From NCBI GenBank assembly GCA_947624435.1, contig CANQKE010000009.1, positions 1 to 64,000 of the forward strand: a DNA stretch of 64,000 nt, written 5' to 3'. This DNA is from an uncultured Ruminiclostridium sp. Its GTDB lineage: Bacteria > Bacillota > Clostridia > Oscillospirales > Ruminococcaceae. Of the stretch, positions 28,266-38,538 are shown in pieces. Both the position numbers and the translations under genes were made by a program. The notes below the pieces were generated by a model. That model worked only from the letters and a program-made list of their open reading frames with translations. It was not told the origin of the DNA and did not search any database. Positions within the stretch are counted from its first letter, which is position 1; every line of letters starts with the position of its first letter.

Positions 28266-28299
28266 CGCCGCCGGTTTTTCCGACGGCGGTTTTTATCCC
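28266..28299 (+). terminator. rho-independent terminator
   Basis: CCGCCGCCGG..CCGACGGCGG stem followed by TTTTTAT. Confidence 0.65.
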
Positions 28300-28305
28300 G
28301 TGAGA

Positions 28306-28334
28306 TTGACAACGTCGTGTTAATGTGATATAAT
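28306..28334 (+). promoter_or_regulatory. candidate promoter TTGACA-17-TATAAT for ruvCAB
   Basis: Exact consensus hexamers. Confidence 0.55.
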
Positions 28335-28406
28335 AACTTAATATGGACAATTACGGCTTGGTCGGAGCTCCGGTCGGGTCTTTAACGGGGAAACAGGTGC
28401 TTTTAT

Positions 28407-28910
28407 ATGCGTATTATTGGGATAGATCCGGGCTATGCGATAGTGGGGTACGGACTGCTTGATTATAACGGCGGACGCTTTTCCGTGGTGGAATACGGTG
28501 CGATAACTACAAAAAAGGACACCCCCTTTGAAAAGCGGCTGTGCGAGATATACATCGATTATTGCTATATACTGGATAAATACAAGCCCGACGCGCTGTC
28601 GATGGAGCGGCTGTATTTCAATACCAATCAGAAGACCGCGATAGACGTCGCGCAGGCGAGAGGTATAATCGTTATGGCGACGGCTCAGCGGGATATCGTG
28701 ATAAACGAATACACCCCGCTTCAGGTAAAGCAGGCGGTGGTAGGCTACGGCAGAGCGGTAAAAAAACAGGTTCAGGACATGACCAAGCGGATACTTTCGC
28801 TGGAAAGCGTGCCTAAGCCGGACGACACCGCGGACGCGCTGGCGCTGGCGATATGCCACGCACATGTAAGCGGTTCGCTGCTGAGTAATTTTGGAGGAAG
28901 AAGAATATGA
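28407..28910 (+). CDS. ruvC: crossover junction endodeoxyribonuclease RuvC
   Basis: MRIIGIDPGYAIVGYGL; ruvCAB order. Confidence 0.9.
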   Translation: MRIIGIDPGYAIVGYGLLDYNGGRFSVVEYGAITTKKDTPFEKRLCEIYIDYCYILDKYKPDALSMERLYFNTNQKTAIDVAQARGIIVMATAQRDIVINEYTPLQVKQAVVGYGRAVKKQVQDMTKRILSLESVPKPDDTADALALAICHAHVSGSLLSNFGGRRI

Positions 28911-29497
28911 TATACAGTGTTAGCGGCGTTCTGACCGATGTGGAGCAAAATCTTGCCGTGGTGGAATGCGGCGGCGTGGGATATGCCTGCCGTACCACCT
29001 CATACACGTTGTCCAAGCTGAAGATCGGCAGCGAGGTAAAGCTGTACACCGTGCTTAAAATAAGCGAGGACGCGGCGGATCTGTTCGGTTTTGCGGATAC
29101 GGGCGAGCTGGAATGCTTTAAGCTGCTCACCTCCGTTTCGGGAGTGGGAGCAAAGGGCGCGCTTTCGATACTTTCCCAGATGGACCCGCAGCAGTTTGCG
29201 CTGTGTATAGCGTCGGAGGACAGCAAGGCGCTGACCCGCGCGCCGGGTATAGGCAAAAAGACCGCCGACCTTATCGTACTTAAGCTGAAAGATAAGATAC
29301 AAAGGCAGGCTCAGGATATAGCGGCGCAGGATATCGGAGTCGGCGCTGTTTCCAACAATTTCGCGGAGGCGATAACGGCATTGCAGACGCTGGGCTACAG
29401 CAGCTCCGAGGCGGCAAAGGCGATATCGGGCATGCCGCAGGATACCCCGTCCTCCGAGCTTATCAAGGCCGGACTTAAAAATCTGTCGAAATTCTGA
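28907..29497 (+). CDS. ruvA: Holliday junction DNA helicase subunit RuvA
   Basis: LLTSVSGVGAKGALSILS HhH motifs; overlapped start. Confidence 0.9.
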   Translation: MIYSVSGVLTDVEQNLAVVECGGVGYACRTTSYTLSKLKIGSEVKLYTVLKISEDAADLFGFADTGELECFKLLTSVSGVGAKGALSILSQMDPQQFALCIASEDSKALTRAPGIGKKTADLIVLKLKDKIQRQAQDIAAQDIGVGAVSNNFAEAITALQTLGYSSSEAAKAISGMPQDTPSSELIKAGLKNLSKF

Positions 29498-29546
29498 GCG
29501 GGAGATATCCGTGTAAACATGCAATCTTTGGAGGAATAACGCATAA

Positions 29547-30590
29547 ATGATAGAGAAAACCGATTTTTCCGAAACAAACGCCGAGCGTATCGTTGGACCC
29601 GTGCTTACCGAGGAGGACGCGGATATCGAGTTTTCCCTCAGGCCTAAACGGCTGAGCGAGTATATCGGACAGGAAAACGTGAAATCCAACATGTCGGTAT
29701 ATATCGAGGCGGCGAGGAGCAGGGGAGAAAATCTCGACCATGTGCTGCTTTACGGCCCGCCGGGACTCGGCAAGACCACGCTTGCCGGTATAATCGCAAA
29801 TGAGATGGGCTCGAATATAAAGATAATCTCCGGTCCGGCTATCGAAAAGCCGGGCGATCTTGCGGGCTTGCTCACCGGACTTCAGGACGGGGACGTTCTG
29901 TTTGTGGACGAGATACATCGGCTTTCCCGACAGGTGGAAGAGGTGCTGTATCCCGCCATGGAGGATTATGTGCTGGATATAATGATAGGTAAAGGCGCGT
30001 CGGTGCAGTCGATACGCGTTGATCTTAATCATTTTACGCTGGTGGGAGCGACTACCCGCGCGGGGCAATTGACCGGGCCGCTCAGAGACCGTTTCGGTAT
30101 CGTGATGAGATTGGAGCTTTATTCCGAGAAAGAGCTTACCGAGATAATACAGCGTTCTGCGGTGATAATGGCGATACCCTGTGAAAAAGAGGGCGCGATA
30201 GAATTGGCGCGGCGCTCGCGCGGAACTCCGAGGATCGCTAACCGATTACTAAAGCGCGTGCGCGATTTCGCCGAGGTAATGGGCGACGGCAGGATAACAA
30301 AGGAAATGGCTGATATTGCGCTCGGCCGATTGGATATAGATAAACTGGGACTTGACAGTCTGGACAGAAGATTGCTCACCATGATAATAAAGGGCTACGG
30401 CGGCGGTCCGGTAGGACTGGAAACGCTCGCCTCGGCGCTGGGTGAAGAATCGGTAACGCTTGAGGACGTATGCGAGCCGTATCTTATGCAGCTCGGTTTT
30501 ATATCCCGTACCCCGAGAGGGCGCTGCGCCACCGACCTTGCTTATAAGCATCTCGGCATGTTGCGCGAGGGACAGCAAAGATTAGACTGA
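29547..30590 (+). CDS. ruvB: Holliday junction DNA helicase RuvB
   Basis: [13 protein letters not shown]; Walker [10 protein letters not shown]; Walker [10 protein letters not shown]. Confidence 0.95.
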   Translation: MIEKTDFSETNAERIVGPVLTEEDADIEFSLRPKRLSEYIGQENVKSNMSVYIEAARSRGENLDHVLLYGPPGLGKTTLAGIIANEMGSNIKIISGPAIEKPGDLAGLLTGLQDGDVLFVDEIHRLSRQVEEVLYPAMEDYVLDIMIGKGASVQSIRVDLNHFTLVGATTRAGQLTGPLRDRFGIVMRLELYSEKELTEIIQRSAVIMAIPCEKEGAIELARRSRGTPRIANRLLKRVRDFAEVMGDGRITKEMADIALGRLDIDKLGLDSLDRRLLTMIIKGYGGGPVGLETLASALGEESVTLEDVCEPYLMQLGFISRTPRGRCATDLAYKHLGMLREGQQRLD

Positions 30591-30614
30591 ATTTATACAC
30601 GACAGGAGTTTATT

Positions 30615-31970
30615 ATGGGCAGATTATTCGGTACCGACGGAGCAAGAGGAGTCGCAGTCACGGAGCTTACCTGCGAAATGGCGATGAACATAGGCAGAGC
30701 CGCGGCGATAGTGCTTACAAAGCACGGTACTAAAAAAGAGAAAGCTCGCATACTTATCGGAAAGGATACAAGGATATCTTCGGATATACTTGAAGCCGCG
30801 CTGGTGGCGGGGATAACCTCGGTAGGCGCTGATGTGGAGCTGTTGGGCGTTGTTCCTACTCCGGCGGTCGCATATCTTGTAAAATATTATGAAGCGGACG
30901 CGGGAGTGATGATATCCGCCTCGCATAACACGGTGGAATACAACGGCATAAAGCTGTTTTCCTCTACCGGCTTTAAGCTGCCGGACGCTGTGGAAAACGA
31001 GATAGAGGCGCTGATACTGGACACGCCGGAGCAGATGACGCTGCATGACGGCAAGGACGTCGGGCGAGTCAGGACGCTTTACGGCGCGGTAAGCGAGTAC
31101 AACGAGCATATCCAGTCCACGGTAAAAGGTATGTTCCACGGCCTGCTGGTAGCGATAGACTGCGCTAACGGCAGCGCGAGCGCCACGGCGGAGGCGCTGT
31201 TCTACAAATTCGGCGCGGAATTTATTTATATCAACAACGAGCCGACAGGGCTTAATATAAACGACAACTGCGGCTCTACCCATATCGAGCAGCTTCGTGA
31301 GCTGGTGGTAAAGCGCGGCTGCGACGTCGGCTTTGCATTTGACGGGGACGCGGACAGATGTCTTGCGGTGGACGAAAAGGGCAACATCATCGACGGAGAT
31401 AAGCTGATAGCTATAATGTCCCGTTATATGAAGGAAAAGCAGACGCTTAAAAACAACACCGCAGTGGTCACCGTGATGAGCAATCTCGGTTTCCATAAAT
31501 TCATGAAAGCAAACGGCATAGACACCGTATGTACAAAGGTCGGCGACCGCTATGTGCTGGAGGAAATGCTGGCAAGCGGCTATAATATAGGCGGCGAGCA
31601 GTCGGGACATATAATTTTCCTTGACCATGCCACTACAGGCGACGGGCAGCTCACCGCGGTACAGGTGCTTCAGATGATGACGGACAGTAAGCTTCCTTTG
31701 TCAAAGCTTGCTGGCGATATACCGGATTATCCGCAAAAGCTGGAAAATGTAAAGATAACCGAGGAAAAGCGCGGGCTGTGGGATAAAACTCCCGAGATAA
31801 ACGCGGTGATAAAGCAGGCGCAGGACGCGCTCGGCAATAACGGCAGGATACTTGTCCGCGAGAGCGGAACAGAACCGCTGGTAAGAGTTATGATAGAAGC
31901 TGCGGAAATGCCGCAGGTGGAAGAATGGGTCGGCAGGATAGTCGCCGTCGTGCGCGAGCAGCTATGCTGA
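30615..31970 (+). CDS. glmM: phosphoglucosamine mutase
   Basis: GTDGARGVA; active-site SASHNTVEYNGIK. Confidence 0.9.
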   Translation: MGRLFGTDGARGVAVTELTCEMAMNIGRAAAIVLTKHGTKKEKARILIGKDTRISSDILEAALVAGITSVGADVELLGVVPTPAVAYLVKYYEADAGVMISASHNTVEYNGIKLFSSTGFKLPDAVENEIEALILDTPEQMTLHDGKDVGRVRTLYGAVSEYNEHIQSTVKGMFHGLLVAIDCANGSASATAEALFYKFGAEFIYINNEPTGLNINDNCGSTHIEQLRELVVKRGCDVGFAFDGDADRCLAVDEKGNIIDGDKLIAIMSRYMKEKQTLKNNTAVVTVMSNLGFHKFMKANGIDTVCTKVGDRYVLEEMLASGYNIGGEQSGHIIFLDHATTGDGQLTAVQVLQMMTDSKLPLSKLAGDIPDYPQKLENVKITEEKRGLWDKTPEINAVIKQAQDALGNNGRILVRESGTEPLVRVMIEAAEMPQVEEWVGRIVAVVREQLC

Positions 31971-31989
31971 CCTGCTGTAAAGGAGCAAG

Positions 31990-32856
31990 ATGAGAGTATC
32001 GGACGGCTGGAAGTCATACAGCCTGATAGACACGTCGGCGGGCAAAAGGCTTGAACGCTGGGGCGATATCATTCTGGTGCGCCCCGACCCGCAGATAATA
32101 TGGGAAAATCCCCACCCCTCAAAGCTTTGGGAGAGGGCGGACGCGGTATATCACCGTTCCTCCTCCGGCGGAGGAAGCTGGAGCTTTTCCAAAAAGCTGC
32201 CGGAAAGCTGGACGGTGGATTATAAAGGGCTTACCTTTAAGGTGAAGCCCACCGGATTTAAGCATACCGGACTGTTCCCGGAGCAGGCGGTGAACTGGGA
32301 CTTATGCACAAAGCTTATCTCCTCGGCAAATAGGGAGATAAACGTGCTTAACCTGTTTGCCTACACCGGAGCGGCAACGCTCGCCTGCGCTAAGGCGGGG
32401 GCAAAGGTCTGCCACCTCGACGCGGTAAAGGGCATGGTGGAATGGGGTCGTGAAAACGCCGCGCTGAGCGGTCTTTCCGATAGACCGATAAGATGGATAG
32501 TTGACGACGCGATGAAATTTCTTCGCCGCGAGATAAAGCGGCAGAGCCGTTACGACGGGATAATCCTCGACCCGCCCAGCTACGGGCGCGGTACAAACGG
32601 CGAAATGTGGAAGATAGAGGATTGTATTTTTGAGCTTATGCAGATGTGTACCGAGGTGCTGACGGACAAGCCGCTGTTTGTACTGCTGAACAGCTACACG
32701 ACCGGGCTTTCCTCCTCGGTGATGACGTATCTTATAAATATGACGGTCGGACAGAGATTCAAGATAAGAGTAGATTCTCAGGAGATAGGTCTTAAAGTAG
32801 AACAAACAGGACTGGCAGTTCCGGCGGGGAGTACCGCTGCGGTATTCTTCGATTGA
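31990..32856 (+). CDS. class I SAM-dependent RNA methyltransferase (RlmI/RlmK-like)
   Basis: [18 protein letters not shown]-binding motif; DPPSYGRG. Confidence 0.65.
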   Translation: MRVSDGWKSYSLIDTSAGKRLERWGDIILVRPDPQIIWENPHPSKLWERADAVYHRSSSGGGSWSFSKKLPESWTVDYKGLTFKVKPTGFKHTGLFPEQAVNWDLCTKLISSANREINVLNLFAYTGAATLACAKAGAKVCHLDAVKGMVEWGRENAALSGLSDRPIRWIVDDAMKFLRREIKRQSRYDGIILDPPSYGRGTNGEMWKIEDCIFELMQMCTEVLTDKPLFVLLNSYTTGLSSSVMTYLINMTVGQRFKIRVDSQEIGLKVEQTGLAVPAGSTAAVFFD

Positions 32857-32878
32857 TCTTACGAAAGGGATAGCTGAA

Positions 32879-33751
32879 TTGGGCGATATCATAAAAGCTG
32901 AAAACATTATATTTGAATATCCCGTGCTGGACGAGGACGGAAACGAGGTGTCCCGCACCCGCGTTTTGGACGATGTGTCACTTTGCGTGCCCGAGGGACA
33001 GTTTCTGGCGGTACTCGGGCATAACGGGAGCGGCAAATCCACGCTGGCAAAGCATTTTAACGGCATATTGCTGCCTATGTCCGGAAGCGTGACGGTGGAC
33101 GGCATGGACACCAAGGACGAAAGCAGGATATACGATATCCGGCAGACGGTCGGCATGGTGTTTCAAAATCCGGATAACCAGATAGTGGCGACTATCGTCG
33201 AGGAGGACGCGGCGTTCGCATTGGAAAACCTCGGCGTCGAGCCTAAGGAGATACGCCGCAGGGTGGACGAGGCGCTTAAAACGGTGGATATGTACGAATA
33301 CCGCGAGCATTCTCCCCATCAGCTTTCCGGCGGGCAAAAGCAAAGGGTGGCTATCGCAGGCATAATCGCCATGCGTCCGCGCTGTATAGTTATGGACGAG
33401 CCGACCGCCATGCTCGACCCAAAGGGCAGAAAAGAGATAATGAAAACTATCAAGCTGCTTAATCGCGAGCACGGTATCACCGTGGTGCTTATCACCCATT
33501 ATATGGAGGAAGCGGCGCAGGCTGACCGGGTAGTTGTGATAGATAAAGGAAAAATATTACTGGACGACGTGCCGAAAAAGATTTTTTCACAGGTGGAGCT
33601 GTTAAGGTCGGTAGGACTGGACGTGCCGCAGACGATAGAGCTTATGTACGAGCTTAAAAAGAGCGGGCTTGACGTGCCGGACGACCTGCTTTATGAGGAA
33701 GAATGTGCGGAGTATCTTTTTGATATGCTTACCGCCGGGGATAAAAAATGA
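32879..33751 (+). CDS. ecfA1: ECF transporter ATPase EcfA1
   Basis: Walker [10 protein letters not shown]; [13 protein letters not shown]; ecfA-ecfA'-ecfT-truA synteny. Confidence 0.9.
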   Translation: MGDIIKAENIIFEYPVLDEDGNEVSRTRVLDDVSLCVPEGQFLAVLGHNGSGKSTLAKHFNGILLPMSGSVTVDGMDTKDESRIYDIRQTVGMVFQNPDNQIVATIVEEDAAFALENLGVEPKEIRRRVDEALKTVDMYEYREHSPHQLSGGQKQRVAIAGIIAMRPRCIVMDEPTAMLDPKGRKEIMKTIKLLNREHGITVVLITHYMEEAAQADRVVVIDKGKILLDDVPKKIFSQVELLRSVGLDVPQTIELMYELKKSGLDVPDDLLYEEECAEYLFDMLTAGDKK

Positions 33752-34611
33752 GTGTTATCGAGCTTAAAAACGTAACGTATAAATACAGCGCGGGTACGCC
33801 TTTTGAGGCGGTGGCGGTGAATAATGTCAGCCTGACCGTCGAAAAGGGCGAGTTCTGCGGGATAATAGGACATACCGGAAGCGGCAAATCCACGCTGATA
33901 CAGCACCTTAACGGACTGGTAAAGCCTACATTTGGCGAGGTGTATATCGACGGCGAAAATATCTGGAGCAAAGACGTTGATATAAGAGAGGTGCGTTTTA
34001 AGGCGGGACTGGTGTTCCAGTATTCGGAACATCAGCTGTTCGAGGAGACCGTATATAAAGATATATCCTACGGCCCTAAGAATATGGGACTGTCGGAGGA
34101 GGAAATAGATACCCGTGTTCGTGCGGCGGCGGAAAGTATGGGGATATCCGAAGAGCTGCTGGAGCGTTCTCCGTTTGACCTTTCCGGCGGACAAAAGCGC
34201 CGCGTCGCGCTGGCGGGGATAATAGCGATGGAGCCGGAGATACTCATTCTTGACGAGCCGGCGGCGGGGCTTGACCCGATAGGCAGAGAAAGCGTTTTGA
34301 GCAGGATAAGCGAATATCACAAGAAATACGGCACTACTATCCTGCTTGTTTCCCATTCGATGGAGGATATCGTAAGATTCGCCGAAAAGGTGCTGGTGAT
34401 GAACAAGGGCGAGGTGTTCTGTCACTCGCCTACCGACGAGGTGTTCGCGCGTCAGGACGAGATAATAAAGATAGGGCTTGACGTGCCGCAGATAACCAGA
34501 GTGATAATGAAGCTGCGGCAAAAGGGTATAGACCTCGGTAGCGATATCTATACCGTCGAAAGAGCAAAAGAAAGAATACTGGAATACATGGCAAAAGGAA
34601 GAATATGCTGA
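33748..34611 (+). CDS. ecfA2: ECF transporter ATPase EcfA2
   Basis: GHTGSGKST; [13 protein letters not shown]. Confidence 0.9.
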   Translation: MSVIELKNVTYKYSAGTPFEAVAVNNVSLTVEKGEFCGIIGHTGSGKSTLIQHLNGLVKPTFGEVYIDGENIWSKDVDIREVRFKAGLVFQYSEHQLFEETVYKDISYGPKNMGLSEEEIDTRVRAAAESMGISEELLERSPFDLSGGQKRRVALAGIIAMEPEILILDEPAAGLDPIGRESVLSRISEYHKKYGTTILLVSHSMEDIVRFAEKVLVMNKGEVFCHSPTDEVFARQDEIIKIGLDVPQITRVIMKLRQKGIDLGSDIYTVERAKERILEYMAKGRIC

Positions 34612-35444
34612 AAGACATAACCATCGGGCAGTTTTTTCCCGGTAACTCGCTTATTCACAGGCTGGACAGCCGTTTTAAGATAATAATGGACATAGCGTAT
34701 GTAGTTATGCTGTTCACCGCCTCGAATTATCTGGGGCTTATCGCTGTCGGTCTGTTTATGATATTGCTGTATATCATGTCCGGCGTAGGATTAAGACTTG
34801 TACTTAAAAGCCTGCGTCCGATAATGCCGCTTATTGCGATAACCTGTATACTTAACCTGTTTTTTATCAGGGGAAGCGGAGAGCCGCTGCTTAATATCGG
34901 CGGAGTGATAATGATATACCCGGAGGGAATAACCACCTCTATATTCATGGCGGTAAGGATAATGTTCCTTATAATCGGTATGTCGCTATTAACCTATACC
35001 ACTTCTCCGATAGAACTGACCGACGCTATCGAGCGGCTTTTGTCCCCGCTTAAAAAGCTGCATTTTCCGGTGCATGAGCTGGCTATGATGATGACTATCG
35101 CGTTAAGGTTTATCCCTACGCTGATAGAAGAAACGGACAAGATAATGTCGGCGCAGAAAGCGCGCGGCGCTAATCTCGACACCGGCGGGCTTATAAAAAA
35201 GGCAAAGGCATTGATACCGGTGATGATACCGCTGTTCGTTTCCGCGTTCAAAAGGGCTAACGAGCTCGCGCTCGCGATGGAGTGCCGCTGCTATCGCGGA
35301 GGAGAGGGCAGGACAAGAATGAAACAGCTGCACTCCGGCTTAAAGGATTATATAGCGCTTGCTGTAATGGCGGTATTCTTCGCAGAGCTTATCCTGCTGA
35401 ATATATATATACCTTATCTCGGCATACCGTATATGGTGCCGTGA
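34605..35444 (+). CDS. ecfT: ECF transporter transmembrane component EcfT
   Basis: Polytopic; ARG..LD and ALAMECRCY EcfT signature region. Confidence 0.9.
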   Translation: MLKDITIGQFFPGNSLIHRLDSRFKIIMDIAYVVMLFTASNYLGLIAVGLFMILLYIMSGVGLRLVLKSLRPIMPLIAITCILNLFFIRGSGEPLLNIGGVIMIYPEGITTSIFMAVRIMFLIIGMSLLTYTTSPIELTDAIERLLSPLKKLHFPVHELAMMMTIALRFIPTLIEETDKIMSAQKARGANLDTGGLIKKAKALIPVMIPLFVSAFKRANELALAMECRCYRGGEGRTRMKQLHSGLKDYIALAVMAVFFAELILLNIYIPYLGIPYMVP

Positions 35445-35455
35445 AAGGAGAACCG

Positions 35456-36196
35456 ATGCGTAATTTTGCGGTGACAATGTCATATAACGGCGCTGCTTAT
35501 CACGGCTTTCAGCGGCAGGATAACGGGATCACCGTACAGCAGACCGTCGAGGACGCGATAAAAAAACTGCTCAAAAGCGAGATAGGTATAACCGGCTGCT
35601 CGCGCACCGACGCGGGAGTCCATGCCAATGAATTCGTTTTCAATATGAAAACAGACAGCGGCATACCCTGCGACGGCTTTCTTCGCGGAATGAACGCGCT
35701 GCTGCCGGAGGATATAGCGATACTCAGCTGCCGCGAAGCAGAGCCGGACTTTCACGCCAGATACTCCTGCAAGGGTAAGCAGTATCTGTACAGGATATAT
35801 ACCTCGGACGTGCGCGACGTGTTTTTACGGGATATGGCATTGCATTATCCGTATGAGCTTAACGTGCCTTTAATGAACGAGGCAGCCGCTCATATCACAG
35901 GAACGCATGATTTCGCCGCGTTCTGTAAGGCGGAATCATTAGCGCTTGTAAAAACCACCGTCAGGACGGTGACCGAGGCAAAAGTAGTAAGCAGCGGAAA
36001 ATTTACCGACATCTATGTAAGCGGCGACGGCTTTTTACACAACATGGTCAGGATAATCGCCGGAACGCTGATATATATAAGCGAGGGGAAGCGCGATGCT
36101 GAGGATATAGACGCTGCGCTAAAGCTTAAAGACAGGGAGCGCGCGGGAAAGACCGCACCAGCCTGCGGACTTTATCTGAACAAAGTATATTATTGA
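35456..36196 (+). CDS. truA: tRNA pseudouridine(38-40) synthase TruA
   Basis: ATG 35456 after GAAAGGAG; YNGAAYHGFQRQ; catalytic RTDAGVHA. Confidence 0.9.
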   Translation: MRNFAVTMSYNGAAYHGFQRQDNGITVQQTVEDAIKKLLKSEIGITGCSRTDAGVHANEFVFNMKTDSGIPCDGFLRGMNALLPEDIAILSCREAEPDFHARYSCKGKQYLYRIYTSDVRDVFLRDMALHYPYELNVPLMNEAAAHITGTHDFAAFCKAESLALVKTTVRTVTEAKVVSSGKFTDIYVSGDGFLHNMVRIIAGTLIYISEGKRDAEDIDAALKLKDRERAGKTAPACGLYLNKVYY

Positions 36197-36209
36197 AAGA
36201 AGGGGTAGC

Positions 36210-37391
36210 ATGAAAGTACCGGATATGCCTGCCGCAGACAACAGTCTGAACGACATGACGGCTTTTAGAAAAAAGAAAAAACGTCTTAAAATATTGAGAA
36301 ATATTATTATTCTTGCAGTTATCATCGCCATCGGCGTTGTGATATATATATTCCGCGACGAGATAGCAAAGCCGCTGAAAGGCATAGCGTCCGGACTTAT
36401 CGGTCAGACGGCGCAGGGCGGAGGCTTTCCGGTAAAGCTGCCCGGCAGCTCGGAATATACCTTGCTGTCCGTCGGAAATGATTTTGCGCTTGTGACCGAT
36501 ACATATTTTTATACATACAATTCCGCCGGAGGACAGGCACAGGCCGTCCAGCACGGCTACGTTAATCCGGCGGCGGTCTCCACCGAAAAGCGCGCGCTCA
36601 TCTACGACCGCGGCGGACATGATTTTGCGCTGTATTCTTCCGACGCGGAGATGTTCAAACAATCTGTAACCGACGAAACTATCGTATCGGCTTTTATAGG
36701 CGCGGGTGACAAATCGGCGGTCGTTACTTCGGGAGGAAGATACTCAAACGTCGTATATGTATACGACGGCACGGGAAAATGGCTTTATACCCGTAAATTC
36801 ATAGACGAGAACGTTATGCAGGCGGATTTTTCCGACGACGGGAAATATCTGTTCCTCACTCTGGTAAAGTCCAATAACGGGGATATCGTCACCGAGGTAT
36901 GCAAGTACGACATTTCCTCCGAGGAAAAAGAGCTGTGGAAGTACAGTATAAGCGACAGCCTGCCGTATGCCCTCAAGGTAAGCGGCAATACGGTAACCGC
37001 CGTGGAGGACAACGCCGTATACAGCCTGAATGCCGATACCGGAGAGGAAGCGGGCAGATACAGCTTTGACGGCGAGCTGACCGATTTTGACGTCGGCGAA
37101 AGCGGCGGGGTATATGTGCTCGATTATTACGCCGGAAACGGAAAGACCGTAACGGTGCTGGATAATACCTGCGCCGAGGTCTCCCAAAAGGGCGGCTATG
37201 ATACGATATCCGATATAAAGCTGTACGACAGTGAGATGTGTATCCTGAGCGGACGGGATATAGTGAGGGTAAAACAGGATTTTACCGAAATAAGCAAAGC
37301 AAGACTGGAGCATGATTTTTCCGCTTTTGTAAGAGCGGGCTCGATGTATCTTATGCTTGGTTATGACACGATAGAAAAGGCTAATCTGTAA
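36210..37391 (+). CDS. hypothetical N-terminally membrane-anchored protein
   Basis: N-terminal TM ILRNIIILAVIIAIGVVIYIF; beta-rich extracytoplasmic part. Confidence 0.5.
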   Translation: MKVPDMPAADNSLNDMTAFRKKKKRLKILRNIIILAVIIAIGVVIYIFRDEIAKPLKGIASGLIGQTAQGGGFPVKLPGSSEYTLLSVGNDFALVTDTYFYTYNSAGGQAQAVQHGYVNPAAVSTEKRALIYDRGGHDFALYSSDAEMFKQSVTDETIVSAFIGAGDKSAVVTSGGRYSNVVYVYDGTGKWLYTRKFIDENVMQADFSDDGKYLFLTLVKSNNGDIVTEVCKYDISSEEKELWKYSISDSLPYALKVSGNTVTAVEDNAVYSLNADTGEEAGRYSFDGELTDFDVGESGGVYVLDYYAGNGKTVTVLDNTCAEVSQKGGYDTISDIKLYDSEMCILSGRDIVRVKQDFTEISKARLEHDFSAFVRAGSMYLMLGYDTIEKANL

Positions 37392-37408
37392 AAGAAAGGA
37401 AGTAAGAT

Positions 37409-38446
37409 ATGGGAACGGAATTTTTCTGGTTTTATGACGTGATATTGGTCGCCGTACTTATTGGCATGATGTTTTTAGGGGTAAAGCGCGGATTTATCCG
37501 CATGGTGCTGAGCTTAGCGGCGTTTATTGCGGCGTTTTTGATATCGCTGTTTGTAAGCGATATCGCCTCCGAAAAGCTGTATGAATCCTTTGTTGAAGAA
37601 AAGCTGGAGACCGCTATAACCGACACGGTGAACGATACGCTCGGAGATAATATAGTTACCCAGCTCGGCAAGATAAATATGGATAAAGTAACTATCGGAG
37701 GGAAAACGCTGGATCAACTGGACCTTACTCCGGACGGAGCGGGCAAGATAACCATCAGCTTGAAGGACGTCGATATGAGCCGCACCGGACTTTCCGGCGT
37801 GGATCTTTCCGTGTTCGGCTATGATAAATCGGAAAATGTAAATATATCCGACCTTGATATAGGCACGGTGCAAATTTATGAGAGCGACTTAAGACAAAAC
37901 GATATAGGAGATCTTCTGCTGGCGGAAGTCCTTACAAGCAAGATATTGGATTCCGATGTATTCGACGCCGTTGCCGATGTGGCGGATAAGGTAGGCGAGG
38001 CCGTGCCGATACTGAATATCAACTCCGAAACTCTTGCTCAGGCGGATAATAACGTGATACGCGACGTGATAATCAGCGTGCGCAACGCAAACGGCAATCC
38101 CGGCAAGGCGATACTTGACAATCTGCTTAAGCCCGTGATACTTATACCGCTGAGAACGTTGATTTTTATGATTTTATTTGTTATAATATTGTTAGTGCTC
38201 AATCTGGTGATAACGGCTACCTCCGTTGTCAACAAGCTGCCGCTGATAGGCCGTTTCAATGCGTTCTTAGGCGGAGTGCTGGGAATAATCAACGGCGTGC
38301 TGATTATATTTATTATTGTTATAATTCTTCATATCGTTACTATACTGACGGATAATTCGCTGGTGTTCTTAAACGATATGACGATAGACGACTCATACGC
38401 ATTCGGCTGGATATATAATTTCCGGTTCTTGGATTTCCTGTCGTAA
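37409..38446 (+). CDS. CvpA-like membrane protein (N- and C-terminal TM clusters)
   Basis: N-terminus FFWFYDVILVAVLIGMMFLGVKRGFIRMVLSLAAFIAAFLISLF resembles the CvpA family. Confidence 0.5.
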   Translation: MGTEFFWFYDVILVAVLIGMMFLGVKRGFIRMVLSLAAFIAAFLISLFVSDIASEKLYESFVEEKLETAITDTVNDTLGDNIVTQLGKINMDKVTIGGKTLDQLDLTPDGAGKITISLKDVDMSRTGLSGVDLSVFGYDKSENVNISDLDIGTVQIYESDLRQNDIGDLLLAEVLTSKILDSDVFDAVADVADKVGEAVPILNINSETLAQADNNVIRDVIISVRNANGNPGKAILDNLLKPVILIPLRTLIFMILFVIILLVLNLVITATSVVNKLPLIGRFNAFLGGVLGIINGVLIIFIIVIILHIVTILTDNSLVFLNDMTIDDSYAFGWIYNFRFLDFLS

Positions 38447-38538
38447 ACACATTCTGCCGCTGTCCGGCATATTAGATAAAAAGGCAAAATTCCCACGGAA
38501 AGGAGATATACTTCTACACTGGAGTATTTATGTAAGAT